From: a virus
Strand: one strand, 5' to 3'
Virus record (IMG/VR): IMGVR_UViG_3300040801_002290
Location: 96,001-160,000 of that record
Length of the DNA stretch: 64,000 bases
The notes beneath the pieces are model-generated. The model had not been told where the DNA came from. It was given only the letters and a program-made list of their open reading frames with translations, and ran no database searches. Numbering within the stretch: position 1 is the stretch's first letter; every line of letters starts with the position of its first letter. The translations under genes were made by a program, and so were the position numbers. Below, one piece after another: positions 1 through 9,256 of the stretch.

Positions 1-1273
1 TGCTAGTTAACATTTGGTCTAGATATGTATTCCCGGTTAGCCCTTCGCCACGAGTACCCTCGGTTTGATACCCCATGTTGTAGGAGGAACCGGCACCCAC
101 AGCCAAAAGACCAGCCCTTGAGACCTGGAATTCATTTAGAAGTCTACTTGGGTCTGAGAATTGTTTTGCTAGAGCCTGACCTAGAATCTCATCTTCCGGA
201 GTACTGAACCCTGCTCTTCTCAGCGCATCATCCCCCACCCCGGCGACTCCCATTGCACCTAAAGATAAGCCGCCAGCAAGAAGCGCACCCCCCGCAGCCT
301 TTTGCCAGACATTCGCCCCGCCAACCAACATAGAAGCACCAGCAAAGGTACTACCTACACCAGCACCAAACATCATTTGGTTTAATTCAACGTTATAGGC
401 TTCCAACTCACCGAAAGCAGAGCCCATAGCAGCACCCATCTGACCTTGCTGCCCCATAATCTGTAGCTGTGGCTGAGTCTCAAACCTGTACGGCTCACTA
501 ATCGCAAATCTGCTAATAGCCTGAGAAACACCAAGAGAAGTAAAAATCGTACTGATTGTTCCTAAGGCTGTGTTCCAAGCACTACGCTGTTGCTGTGCGT
601 TTAACTCAAATAGATTAACTATTTCGGCTTTTAATCTGTCTGTGGTTACAATTCTGCGAGAGAAATCTTCAAGCTTTCGGATATCTGCTGCATCGCCCTT
701 GGAACGCTCTTCCTCATACCCTTTTCTCAGGGTTTCAGAATGCTCGGCAAGCTGCTCTCTAACATCAGTTTTTAATCCACCGTAATCTTCTGGTAGTTGA
801 CCAGAGCCTTGTAGGCTTCTACCTACACGAACGTCTGCCCGCACTCTTTGAATATCATAATCAGGTCTAGGGACTCCATATCTCTCATAGAAATCCCTGG
901 GACCAGTTTCTCTTTTTGGCTGACCAGATGCCGCTGCCGCATTTCCAAGTCGTGCAATAGCTCCAGCGTCTTTAGTTGGCATATCAGAAGCGTCTGCAAG
1001 AATCTGTTTTACCACCTGAACTACTTCATTACTTAACTCAGTTTCTAATGTGGTTAAAACTGCCTGCTTAGCTTCATCTAAGCCACCCATAAACTTAGAC
1101 ATTTCTCTCAGAGACTCGACCTGAACCTTATGCTCTTGCACGAATTTAGTTAGTTCTGCAACTGTGCTACTAGCATCCTTTGTTACAGTGCTATAAATCT
1201 GTGCAGCCCTATCGGACTCCAGATATCTTCTGCTGGTATCTGCTGCATTTACTACAGGTCTATCTTCTGGCAT
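1..1273 (-). CDS. Tape measure protein, N-terminal part (runs off left edge)
   Basis: Not in the ORF track. Hand translation from ATG at 1273 (SD GAGGTGA) is open to base 1: MPEDRPVVNAADTSRRYLE..., helical with Gly/Ala-rich hydrophobic stretches. Lies directly after sheath, tubes and frameshifted chaperone. Confidence 0.75.
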   Translation of the reverse strand, partial: MPEDRPVVNAADTSRRYLESDRAAQIYSTVTKDASSTVAELTKFVQEHKVQVESLREMSKFMGGLDEAKQAVLTTLETELSNEVVQVVKQILADASDMPTKDAGAIARLGNAAAASGQPKRETGPRDFYERYGVPRPDYDIQRVRADVRVGRSLQGSGQLPEDYGGLKTDVREQLAEHSETLRKGYEEERSKGDAADIRKLEDFSRRIVTTDRLKAEIVNLFELNAQQQRSAWNTALGTISTIFTSLGVSQAISRFAISEPYRFETQPQLQIMGQQGQMGAAMGSAFGELEAYNVELNQMMFGAGVGSTFAGASMLVGGANVWQKAAGGALLAGGLSLGAMGVAGVGDDALRRAGFSTPEDEILGQALAKQFSDPSRLLNEFQVSRAGLLAVGAGSSYNMGYQTEGTRGEGLTGNTYLDQMLTS

Positions 1274-1275
1274 CT

Positions 1276-1659
1276 TTATTCACCTCGGAGGAATTGTTCC
1301 TCGTTTATTTCTTCAAACAAATCCTCTTTAATATTTAAGTCTCCAAAACCTTCCCCTTCCATAAGCTCCTGAATCTTACTCAACCAGTTCGGGTCGCCGC
1401 TGTCAACAAGTTCCTCGGCCTGACGAGCAATATCCATTTCCTTAACCTCTTCTTTGCTAAGCTCTTTTCTGTTTCCAAGTGCAAGCTCTACAAGACCGTA
1501 GAGTGAGTAATGGTCATCCGTCCACCTATCAATGGGAGGGGCAAACGGAAGAACACCTTTCTTACGCTTTCCTAACAAAGAATCCCCCTCTTCGTTACCA
1601 GAATATTTAACCCAAGCGTCTAATATATTCTGCCACCGATAGGTTTTTAGGAGTTTTTT
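1276..1659 (-). CDS. -1 frameshift extension of tail assembly chaperone (lambda gpT-like part of a G-T fusion)
   Basis: The -1 frame is open from the slippery site at 1653-1659 (KKLLKTYRWQNILDAWVKYSGNEEGDS) into track ORF 1276..1578, which has only a TTG start. Confidence 0.8.
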   Translation of the reverse strand, partial: KKLLKTYRWQNILDAWVKYSGNEEGDSLLGKRKKGVLPFAPPIDRWTDDHYSLYGLVELALGNRKELSKEEVKEMDIARQAEELVDSGDPNWLSKIQELMEGEGFGDLNIKEDLFEEINEEQFLRGE

Positions 1660-2153
1660 ATATCATCCTCCGAAACCTTTGTGCTTTCATTTATCCAGTT
1701 AGCGTGAAGAAGGATAACTTCTGAAACGAAAGTTTCTTCTGAAATTCCCTTATCGTAGATTTCTTGCATAACATACTTTTCGAACAGGCTCTTGTAATCA
1801 AGCTCCTTCTCACGGTCAAAGGTATATTCGGAATACTTCTTACCGGCGAGTTTTATAGCCCCGGAAGAATCTTCGATGTAAATCTTATTTACAAAAGCGT
1901 TTAGTGTACCCCAGTATCTAAAGAAAAATAAAAGCTGCGGGTCGTCATCCTCTGTTAGCTCAAGTTCCTTTAGTTTTCTAGAGGCCCATCCCCTTTGTCT
2001 GAACTTATCGACCATCGACGGGCGCTTAAACACTAATTTTACCTTGTATTTATCCACCTCAAAAGGCTCGCTAGGCTCATTGGTCAATGCAGCCATCACA
2101 AAATCTTCTGTGGCTTCTACTTGTTCTGGAGTTAGTTTCTCGTTATCTGGCAT
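1647..2153 (-). CDS. Tail assembly chaperone (gpG-like)
   Basis: 168 aa acidic protein between tube and tape measure genes, ending in a slippery sequence. Confidence 0.75.
   Translation of the reverse strand: MPDNEKLTPEQVEATEDFVMAALTNEPSEPFEVDKYKVKLVFKRPSMVDKFRQRGWASRKLKELELTEDDDPQLLFFFRYWGTLNAFVNKIYIEDSSGAIKLAGKKYSEYTFDREKELDYKSLFEKYVMQEIYDKGISEETFVSEVILLHANWINESTKVSEDDIKNS
1653..1659 (-). other. Programmed -1 frameshift heptamer A AAA AAC
   Basis: In-frame ATA AAA AAC TCC TAA at the end of the chaperone ORF fits X XXY YYZ; GGAGG lies 7 nt upstream. Confidence 0.8.
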
Positions 2154-2176
2154 ATAATACCCCTTTCATGTTCTTC

Positions 2177-2205
2177 ATTATACACTACTCTGAAAATATC
2201 CACAA
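2177..2205 (-). promoter_or_regulatory. Sigma70-like promoter TTGTGG-N17-TATAAT
   Basis: Perfect -10 and 17-bp spacer upstream of the chaperone gene; -35 overlaps the terminator U-tract. Confidence 0.7.
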
Positions 2206-2231
2206 TAAAATGGCCCCGGTTTCCCGAGGCC
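2204..2231 (-). terminator. Intrinsic terminator after tail tube 2
   Basis: GGCCTCGG-GAAA-CCGGGGCC followed by ATTTTATT. Confidence 0.75.
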
Positions 2232-2252
2232 AGATGTTTTTGATTAAAAACT

Positions 2253-2960
2253 TTAGTATCTGTATCCGAAGAGTACGCTGTTAACGATATCCCTCATGCC
2301 GTTCGTGGAATCTCCGTTGCGGGCGTATGCCTGACGAACTGCCTTGGTAAACCAAGTTCCAGTTAGTGGTCTGGCGATTGCCTGTACAGAGTCCATGATA
2401 ATGGCCTGCTGAGAGGACATGCTAATGCTGGCGCTTTGTAGAACACAAGCGTAGATTCCGAAGCTGTTACTTCTTGCCTCTCCACCAGAAACCGCTACTG
2501 GCTGGTTTTCGGTGTTGATATTAGACTGGCTGTAGCTGTTTGACACTCTGTTCTTAACCGCGAGAACAAACATGAATGGGTACATACCCTCGTTACCGCC
2601 GCTCTCAGCTAGTGCGGGCTCATTCATAGCCCCGGTTGCTGTTCCTAGAGTTACCAGGTTAGAGTCCAAGTAGGTACGCCCTACGTGAGCCCATAGAGGG
2701 TTAAACGCCCCGAGGTTTCGGAAATCGGCACCATCAATGGTCGCCTTGTCAATACTGATATTGGTTACTTGATATCCTGGGGCAAGAACTGGAAGCGGAG
2801 TTCCAATTACATTCTCTGCCCTGGTTCCGAAGTTATCATCTACCCTAAGGTTCTGAGCCATACCTACGGTTTTTAGGCGAGCGGTCTTATTGCCCGCCAA
2901 AACCTCGTAATCACTTGGAGGAACAATTACTTGTAGTGTAGCAAAATGTGAAACTCTCAT
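2253..2960 (-). CDS. Tail tube protein paralog 2 (possible tube initiator)
   Basis: KTVGMAQNLRVDDNFGT...IG matches the adjacent tube gene (RTVGIARNVRIDEDFGT...YGIG). Confidence 0.65.
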   Translation of the reverse strand: MRVSHFATLQVIVPPSDYEVLAGNKTARLKTVGMAQNLRVDDNFGTRAENVIGTPLPVLAPGYQVTNISIDKATIDGADFRNLGAFNPLWAHVGRTYLDSNLVTLGTATGAMNEPALAESGGNEGMYPFMFVLAVKNRVSNSYSQSNINTENQPVAVSGGEARSNSFGIYACVLQSASISMSSQQAIIMDSVQAIARPLTGTWFTKAVRQAYARNGDSTNGMRDIVNSVLFGYRY

Positions 2961-2962
2961 GA

Positions 2963-3616
2963 TTACACCACCCTATCCGTTATTGTTTCGTTGATTAGGT
3001 TGGTGGTATCGAAATAAGCTTCTTCATAGCTGTACTTGAACCCGGTTAGGCTAACGTTGTGAGCAATCATAACGTCATTGTTGGAAATTGCACGCTGAGA
3101 AGTTCTTGGCATCAAGGCGTAAATATCAGTCCTTAGACTATCCGTCCTGACTTCTTTACTCTTTACAAATAGGAAGGTGTAAAGAAGAACATCATCAATT
3201 CCAATTTCCCTCTGAACACCGTCAGAGTACCAGTACTCCGGACGAGTAATGTAGTGGTTCAAATCCCTTGTATCTAGCTGAATTCTTTCCACAGTTACGT
3301 TAGCAGAGAAGTTGTTAGGGACGATTCTGGGACGTGTTGGGGCTCCGATTCCGTAGATGTTCTGAGTACCAAAGTCCTCGTCAATTCTAACGTTTCTAGC
3401 GATTCCTACTGTCCTGAAAAGGGGCTCGCCATTAAAACTGTCTGTATTTTTTAAAGACTGCAACTCCGCAGGAGAGTTAATCTTTTCTCTCATAGACTCA
3501 AGTGCCTGTGATACAGTGCTAGAGGTTATTTGGGAGGTTGTTCCAGCCGTTTCATAAAGAACAGTAGCCAGAGAAAGCACCTTAATTTCAGCTAGTGTGC
3601 TTAGACGAATTGCCAT
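2963..3616 (-). CDS. Tail tube protein paralog 1
   Basis: Follows the sheath; VGIARNVRIDEDFGTQNIYGIG...ANVTVERIQL resembles phage K/A511-type tube proteins as recalled. Confidence 0.75.
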   Translation of the reverse strand: MAIRLSTLAEIKVLSLATVLYETAGTTSQITSSTVSQALESMREKINSPAELQSLKNTDSFNGEPLFRTVGIARNVRIDEDFGTQNIYGIGAPTRPRIVPNNFSANVTVERIQLDTRDLNHYITRPEYWYSDGVQREIGIDDVLLYTFLFVKSKEVRTDSLRTDIYALMPRTSQRAISNNDVMIAHNVSLTGFKYSYEEAYFDTTNLINETITDRVV

Positions 3617-3674
3617 TACTTACTCACCTCCCCTTTAGTATTATGTTGATTATTTTTGGTCATCTTCTATTTCC

Positions 3675-5597
3675 TTATGCTAGGTTGTAAAGAAGCTTGT
3701 TGGTTACAGGGATGAAGTCGATTTCTGTGATTGGCTGGAAGTCGTACTCGACGTAGTAAATGGTCTTGTCGTTATCGTCAGCGTACGCTCTTACATTTGC
3801 GTAAGTAACCAGAACCTCTTCTCTTACAAGTCTGTCTAGAAGCGCACTTACAAATTCAGAAATTCCTGCTGCTGTTTCTGCACCGCGTGACTTGCGACCA
3901 ATGAAGTTCTCTTCAAGGTTCTTGTACACGAAGGTGTTCATGTAATCAACTATACGACGAGTGATAAACAATTGCAAGCCACGGCTTGAGGCACCAGTGA
4001 AGCTGGTGTAGTTGTGAGCAGCTACGTACTCGATTGCTCCAACAGAGTTACGACGCTTCATTACGAAGGCTAGGCTACGAGTGTACAACTCGTCTTTCTG
4101 AGCCTGGTTAAAGGCAAACTCTAGACCGTCGGTGAAGATACCGGCAATCTGGGCAAAGGTTAGGGAAGTAGCAACCTGTCTGGAGGCATGTGCGCCCACT
4201 GCGAAGCTGGCGAGCATGTCCGCTCCGTAATTTTCTAGTCGGCTGCTAAATGCTCGGCTCTGGAACCCACCGGCCCATAGCTGAATCCTGTCGTTGTTAA
4301 TCAATCCGCTAATCTCTTCGACTGCATCCAAGAAATCCTGAGCAGTTCCATTAACCGTGCTTCCAGTCTTGTAGTAAGGAAGTCCAGCAATCATGGTGCG
4401 GAACTTTCTGTTCGCAATATTAGACATGGTGTTAATGTGTGCAAGGAACTTGGGCATCAAAGCCTTGAAGAATCCGTACCTATTTGCCCACTCAAATGTG
4501 GTTGATAGGCTTCCGTCAGAGTTCTTCTTGTAGTTGAATAGATAAGCAGGCTGAATGAAGTTTACATCCTCGTCTTCCATCACGGCTAGAGAGGTGTCCC
4601 AGACATCAGTAACGCCTGCGGTTCCGTAGGTGATGTTGTAGTCCATGTCGCCACTAACATCGTCTAGAATCCCGTAGAAGTTGGTTCCATCGTCACCATT
4701 GTTTCCACCGGACATCTGAACAAACGGGTGAGTTAGAAGCTCGTCTGCGGTGGCCGGGTCGTAGGTGTATCCTTCAACTAGAAGGTCTTCTACAGCCGGG
4801 TCCAAATCAGTTAGCTGCACTAGGGAGGAAGGAGCCTGTCCCAAACCACCGTTATTAAGAACAGATGCGATTAGAGCAATAGGATAAGGGTTGGTTCCTG
4901 CTCCGTAAGGGAAGGGTCCAAGCAAATCCTCTGTGGTGGACTTCAAATCCTCTACCTTCTCAAGGAAAGCATCCTCATCGGCATTTCCGAAAGTCCAAGT
5001 GTTAGGAATTTCTCTAATTACCCCGTTTTCCCTATCACGTAGGACGTAGTAGTCCCCCGTGTTTGCGGCCCAATAAAGACCAGTTCTATCAGGGACGTAT
5101 CTAGGAACAACAAAGGTTTCTCTAATATCATTTCCACGGGAATCTACGTACTTGATTCTGATAGCGTAGTTGTCGTCCCCAGTAGCTGGGGTACCCTGGT
5201 CCTGCTCTTCTACAGCAATGAAAATGTTGTTACCCAACGTTCCCTTTTCTCTTGCGACGAAGGTGTAATCCTTTGTTGGGTCTGCACCAGCAGCTTCGAT
5301 AGCAGTTAGGCTTGCTCCTGAGGGGTCACCGGTACGAACACATACTAGTTGGCTAGCTCCACCTACGTAAGCGGCTAGACCATGACGAACAAGAGGTCCG
5401 TCTCCGAAAGTTTCTACAAGTTGAGTGTAACCGTTGATTGTTACAGCTTTGTTAACCGGACCTTTTTCAGCTAGACCGATAACTCCGATGACGCCGCTGG
5501 CTACACCATTGATATCTACTAAGCCGGTAAGGTCAGTTCTGATGTAAGCCCCAAACTGCTTAAGCAGGGCACCACCAAAATTGATTTGCTTTGCCAT
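3675..5597 (-). CDS. Contractile tail sheath protein
   Basis: 640 aa; N-terminal GVIGLAEKGPVN...LVETFGDGPL and C-terminal RRIVDYM...YVEYDFQPITEIDFI are sheath hallmarks. Confidence 0.92.
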   Translation of the reverse strand: MAKQINFGGALLKQFGAYIRTDLTGLVDINGVASGVIGVIGLAEKGPVNKAVTINGYTQLVETFGDGPLVRHGLAAYVGGASQLVCVRTGDPSGASLTAIEAAGADPTKDYTFVAREKGTLGNNIFIAVEEQDQGTPATGDDNYAIRIKYVDSRGNDIRETFVVPRYVPDRTGLYWAANTGDYYVLRDRENGVIREIPNTWTFGNADEDAFLEKVEDLKSTTEDLLGPFPYGAGTNPYPIALIASVLNNGGLGQAPSSLVQLTDLDPAVEDLLVEGYTYDPATADELLTHPFVQMSGGNNGDDGTNFYGILDDVSGDMDYNITYGTAGVTDVWDTSLAVMEDEDVNFIQPAYLFNYKKNSDGSLSTTFEWANRYGFFKALMPKFLAHINTMSNIANRKFRTMIAGLPYYKTGSTVNGTAQDFLDAVEEISGLINNDRIQLWAGGFQSRAFSSRLENYGADMLASFAVGAHASRQVATSLTFAQIAGIFTDGLEFAFNQAQKDELYTRSLAFVMKRRNSVGAIEYVAAHNYTSFTGASSRGLQLFITRRIVDYMNTFVYKNLEENFIGRKSRGAETAAGISEFVSALLDRLVREEVLVTYANVRAYADDNDKTIYYVEYDFQPITEIDFIPVTNKLLYNLA

Positions 5598-5600
5598 TTA

Positions 5601-6272
5601 TTATTCCTCCTGATTAGCCTGTACGTCAACCCTTTCTATGCAATCAACGATTTGTCCTATTAGGTGTATTTTATAGCGTTCGTAATCGTTATCGCTCGTA
5701 GAGTGATAGAATGGGGCTATTAGGTTGTAAACTAGACTGCCAATATAGATAGGCCCGTTTCGATATATTTGGGAATTCACACCTTCGTAAGCTCGGATGA
5801 ACCTAATGGCAAAAATATCTTTGTCAAAAAAGAAAGGAAGTCCCAGTTCTATGCTCCCAGATTTGATATCCTGCTCCAATTCTAGCATCCAAAGCTTGAT
5901 TAATTCCACTATATTGTCTCTGTCTTTAGAATCTGGTGACCAGATAGAGATTTCCATGTTGTACAAATCAGCCCAACCAAAAACCTCGTGAAGTTCTAAG
6001 TCGTCGTCGTCAAACTCTCCACTCACCAATTGACCAAGGGCATACCTCTCTACGGTGTTACTCATTTGTCGAACGACGATGCGTCTTTTTATTCTTCTTG
6101 ACTCAGCGTCGTGGTCGTATGTTTCTCTGGACGGGTAATCTGTTGTAATGTCAAACCCTTGCCTAAGATTACCCTGTTCGGCAATCTTCTGCTCTAGCCC
6201 CCGAATCAAAATCTCCTTCGGGTTTCGTATTCCTAGTACATCTAATTCTTTACCTATGTTGGCCATAAACAA
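5601..6272 (-). CDS. Putative tail terminator/completion protein
   Basis: Immediately upstream of the sheath; DYP...IVVR and MEISIWSPDSKDRD pattern; assignment mainly positional. Confidence 0.5.
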   Translation of the reverse strand: MFMANIGKELDVLGIRNPKEILIRGLEQKIAEQGNLRQGFDITTDYPSRETYDHDAESRRIKRRIVVRQMSNTVERYALGQLVSGEFDDDDLELHEVFGWADLYNMEISIWSPDSKDRDNIVELIKLWMLELEQDIKSGSIELGLPFFFDKDIFAIRFIRAYEGVNSQIYRNGPIYIGSLVYNLIAPFYHSTSDNDYERYKIHLIGQIVDCIERVDVQANQEE

Positions 6273-6296
6273 ATTATTTTATCAGCAAAAGCTGGA

Positions 6297-6725
6297 CTAA
6301 GCAAATCTTCTAAAGGTTTCTCGGAACTTAGTCAAGTAAAGTTTCATTAGATTAATGATTCTATTTGACGAATACCTATCCAAAAGGCTCTGGTCTACGG
6401 CTTCTTCTTCATGCACCTGTACTAGGTTCGCCTCAGCTATCGCGCTGTCTATCATCATGTGCATGTCTAAGTAGTCAGGGGGTCTATGCTTCCAAATAGT
6501 TTCGTTGGATATAGGAACGAGACTGCATCTGCAATTCTCGTGAAAAACCTTAGTGTGGTATTCACCGTATGTTTCAAGCCCAGCATTTAAGGTGTTAGAA
6601 TCGTAGTAATTTCCCTCAAAGGAAAAGGGGAACTCAAGTCCCCCCTCTTCCATAGCATAAGCTTCTATTGCTTTGCAAAGCTCGCTAGACCTCTCGTCGT
6701 CTATTCTCAACACCATATACTTCAT
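6297..6725 (-). CDS. Small MuF-like (SPP1 gp7-like) head protein
   Basis: DERSSELC and HENCRCSLVP resemble the MuF DxRT..C and HPNCRC motifs. Confidence 0.45.
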   Translation of the reverse strand: MKYMVLRIDDERSSELCKAIEAYAMEEGGLEFPFSFEGNYYDSNTLNAGLETYGEYHTKVFHENCRCSLVPISNETIWKHRPPDYLDMHMMIDSAIAEANLVQVHEEEAVDQSLLDRYSSNRIINLMKLYLTKFRETFRRFA

Positions 6726-7225
6726 TAGTAGTTGTTCCTTACTCTAATTATCTGATAAATGCTTCCGGAGTTAATGAACGGTTGCACGGTATCGTCGTCA
6801 AGGTAAAGGGTCTCAATAATTTCCCTGGAACCATCAGGCTGACAACATCTACCCAAAAGCTGGAACTTATCCCTAAGAATCCTTCGTGCCGAGTCATTGT
6901 TCCTGGGCTTCATTAATTTAATATCTAGGTTGCGGGGTACCGAGAGCGTCTTATCTCCTCTGATAAATCCCCCAGACCCATCTGGTACAAACTCGTTGGA
7001 CTTATCTGAGTAAACTCCCTTGATAAATCTGGGGGAAGCGTAGACTACGCCCTCTCCACCACAGATGGGACACTCAATCCAGGAAGAGCCGCGAGACTCG
7101 TCGTAACATGGGTTACCGTCGTCACGTACATAAGGACAGAAAATAGCTTTATGCCAAGCTATGTCTGAACCCCCAAGCCTAAGTGCTGAGTCGGCTATTA
7201 GTTTGCTAATTGGAAATAAGTCCAT
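6725..7225 (-). CDS. Neck/head-closure protein with Cys motifs
   Basis: WHKAIFCP...C...ECPICGGEG in the neck module. Confidence 0.55.
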   Translation of the reverse strand: MDLFPISKLIADSALRLGGSDIAWHKAIFCPYVRDDGNPCYDESRGSSWIECPICGGEGVVYASPRFIKGVYSDKSNEFVPDGSGGFIRGDKTLSVPRNLDIKLMKPRNNDSARRILRDKFQLLGRCCQPDGSREIIETLYLDDDTVQPFINSGSIYQIIRVRNNY

Positions 7226-7226
7226 G

Positions 7227-8264
7227 TTAATATCCAGTCATAACAAGCTGGTAATACGGGTGTAGCAACTCGTCTGCTTCGTCCTTATAACGCTGCATAA
7301 CGTCTGCGTAAAGTCCCTTACCAAATGCGGCAGAGAATCCCTGCACGGAATAGCTCATCATACCCTTTGTGAAGGCGATGTTTACCAGTTCAAAGGTTTT
7401 AATCGCGGAATAAAGAGCAACTGCGTCTTGCAAATCCTGAGGAATTTCCTTTAACCCGAATTCATAATCCACAGCAATAATTTGAGGCATGTTTGGAACT
7501 ACCAACCCATACCCAGATGAGGCAATCATGTTGCTAGCACCAGTGGCACTAATCTTTGCCTGTGCTGGGAAGAGAATAACAGCCCCTTCCTTTTGGTAGA
7601 GAAAGTACTCGTTAGGGGCGTAAGTACGGTTCAGGTAAGGAATTCCAAGTCCCTGCGGGTCCTGAATTTCAAGAGCAAGCTTGTGAATCTTTGTTACGTA
7701 TCTTTCATAAAGCTTAATATAGCTTCTTCCCTTACCGTCGATTCTTTCCTCATTCTCTATTTTATTAGGCACAAAAATTACTTCTCTGGCGAACTCTTCC
7801 TTTTGTTCCTGAGTAAGCAAATCCCAAGGCAGGGTTCCTGGCGAGTAAAGCGTGGAGTCGTTATTGTACTGAGCCTGTTGGTCAGAAGATAAGTCGCTCC
7901 AAGTAGGATATTCTTTGGAAGAAGGGGTAATGAAGGAATCCAGTCCACCAAAACCGTACTTTACCCTGTCCTCATAAACCTCTTTCGGGGTCTGAGCAAA
8001 GTTGGTTTTTCTTCTTGGGTAAAGGGATAGCTTAATCTTATTTTCTACTCTAGCGACACTTCTCTGAATAGCTCTAAGCATGATTGCCTTAAAGCCAGGA
8101 AGGGATGAGGAGCCATCACTACACCTGGCTTCGTCTGGAAGACAGTCGTCGCTAGTGAGGTTTCCAAGGCCAAGTTGTTGAAGCCCAAAGATTCTATCTT
8201 CGGTGGCCTCAATCATTAGTTGGAGTTCTTTTCCTCGTAGTCCTAAACCCCTACTGAATTCCAT
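7227..8264 (-). CDS. Head-tail adaptor (neck) protein
   Basis: C-terminal VDYEFGLKEIPQDLQDAVALYSA...SYSVQGFS...ELLHPY is typical of gp15/gp6-like adaptors; position after capsid. Confidence 0.7.
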   Translation of the reverse strand: MEFSRGLGLRGKELQLMIEATEDRIFGLQQLGLGNLTSDDCLPDEARCSDGSSSLPGFKAIMLRAIQRSVARVENKIKLSLYPRRKTNFAQTPKEVYEDRVKYGFGGLDSFITPSSKEYPTWSDLSSDQQAQYNNDSTLYSPGTLPWDLLTQEQKEEFAREVIFVPNKIENEERIDGKGRSYIKLYERYVTKIHKLALEIQDPQGLGIPYLNRTYAPNEYFLYQKEGAVILFPAQAKISATGASNMIASSGYGLVVPNMPQIIAVDYEFGLKEIPQDLQDAVALYSAIKTFELVNIAFTKGMMSYSVQGFSAAFGKGLYADVMQRYKDEADELLHPYYQLVMTGY

Positions 8265-8274
8265 TTAATCCGCC

Positions 8275-8736
8275 TTAGAGAAGACCAGTTTCTTCTCGAT
8301 ACTTTCTTAATGTAGTAGTAGTAATTTTTAGATGATTAGCCACAGCAGACCAAGTACCGAGAGAGTCATACAAATCCTGAATTTCCTGAGCCGTTAAAAC
8401 CCCATCCTCAGTTTCCTCAACATCTGCTACAACATTGACGTGAGCCACTACTGCTTCTTCTGGCTCTTCCTCAGGTTCCTCCGCAACAGCCTCTTCCTCA
8501 ACAACAACTTCCGGAGCTTCTTCTGCAACAGGAAGCACTGTTTCTACAACTACAGGGACCTCAGCGGGAATTTCCTCTACTGACGCGATAAACCTTAATT
8601 TCTTAGCATTATCAGCGGTTTCTTTACTGGACACGTAAGCAACACCGTCCTGAAAGAGGACGAGCTTGCCTTTTATGTTTACGGGGTATCTACCCGAAAC
8701 CTTATACCTTTTATCAAAAACGAGTCTATATCTCAT
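8275..8736 (-). CDS. Acidic protein with C-terminal HTH-like segment
   Basis: E/V/A/P-rich linker, then YDSLGTWSAVANHLKITTTTLRKYR. Confidence 0.6.
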   Translation of the reverse strand: MRYRLVFDKRYKVSGRYPVNIKGKLVLFQDGVAYVSSKETADNAKKLRFIASVEEIPAEVPVVVETVLPVAEEAPEVVVEEEAVAEEPEEEPEEAVVAHVNVVADVEETEDGVLTAQEIQDLYDSLGTWSAVANHLKITTTTLRKYREETGLL

Positions 8737-8757
8737 GACTCCTCCTATCGAAATCTT

Positions 8758-8787
8758 AGTATATCATATCTAAGAAGTTAAACACAA
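8758..8787 (-). promoter_or_regulatory. Promoter TTGTGT-N18-TATACT (extended -10)
   Basis: TGA-TATACT upstream of SD AGGAGG of the 153-aa gene; -35 abuts the terminator U-tract. Confidence 0.6.
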
Positions 8788-8788
8788 T

Positions 8789-8817
8789 AAAAAAGGCGGG
8801 GAATTAACCCCGCCCTT
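8789..8817 (-). terminator. Intrinsic terminator after the capsid/Ig operon
   Basis: GGCGGGG-TTAATT-CCCCGCC followed by TTTTTTATT. Confidence 0.85.
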
Positions 8818-8834
8818 ACTTTAGTTAACTAATT

Positions 8835-9251
8835 TTAGTCAACGTTAATTACGGTGAAGGTAATGCTTCCGGAGACAGAAGGTGAGTAATCACTGGTTGC
8901 AGTGATAACCGTAGTTCCTACTCCAACGGCAGTTACAGTTCCAGCAGCAACGGTGGCAACTCCTTCGTCAGAAGAAGACCAGGTAACGTCCTCTGCGGCT
9001 CCACCCTGAGCAACGACAGTTGCGGTAACCACCTCGTCAGCATCTGTAGCGCCAGTACCTACTTCTAGCTCTGTGTCAGCGGCTTCTAGGGAGACGCTAA
9101 GCACGCGGGGTACTTCTCCATCAAGCTGGTTTACGACTCCAACCAACTCTTCAAAAAGTGCAAGAATAGGGCTGGAAGGAAGGTCGGTACCGGCGTACGG
9201 TACCTGATTCCTTAGGAGTTCCTTTGCTCTTTCGCTAATTGTGATAGCCAT
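8835..9251 (-). CDS. Ig-like (Big_2) capsid decoration protein
   Basis: VTWSSSDEGVATVAAGTVTAVGVGTTVITATS; directly after the major capsid gene. Confidence 0.8.
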   Translation of the reverse strand: MAITISERAKELLRNQVPYAGTDLPSSPILALFEELVGVVNQLDGEVPRVLSVSLEAADTELEVGTGATDADEVVTATVVAQGGAAEDVTWSSSDEGVATVAAGTVTAVGVGTTVITATSDYSPSVSGSITFTVINVD

Positions 9252-9256
9252 GTTAT

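Noticed and set aside
2253-5597. eCIS/tailocin locus
   Set aside because: Portal, protease, capsid and neck genes are present, so this is a complete phage.
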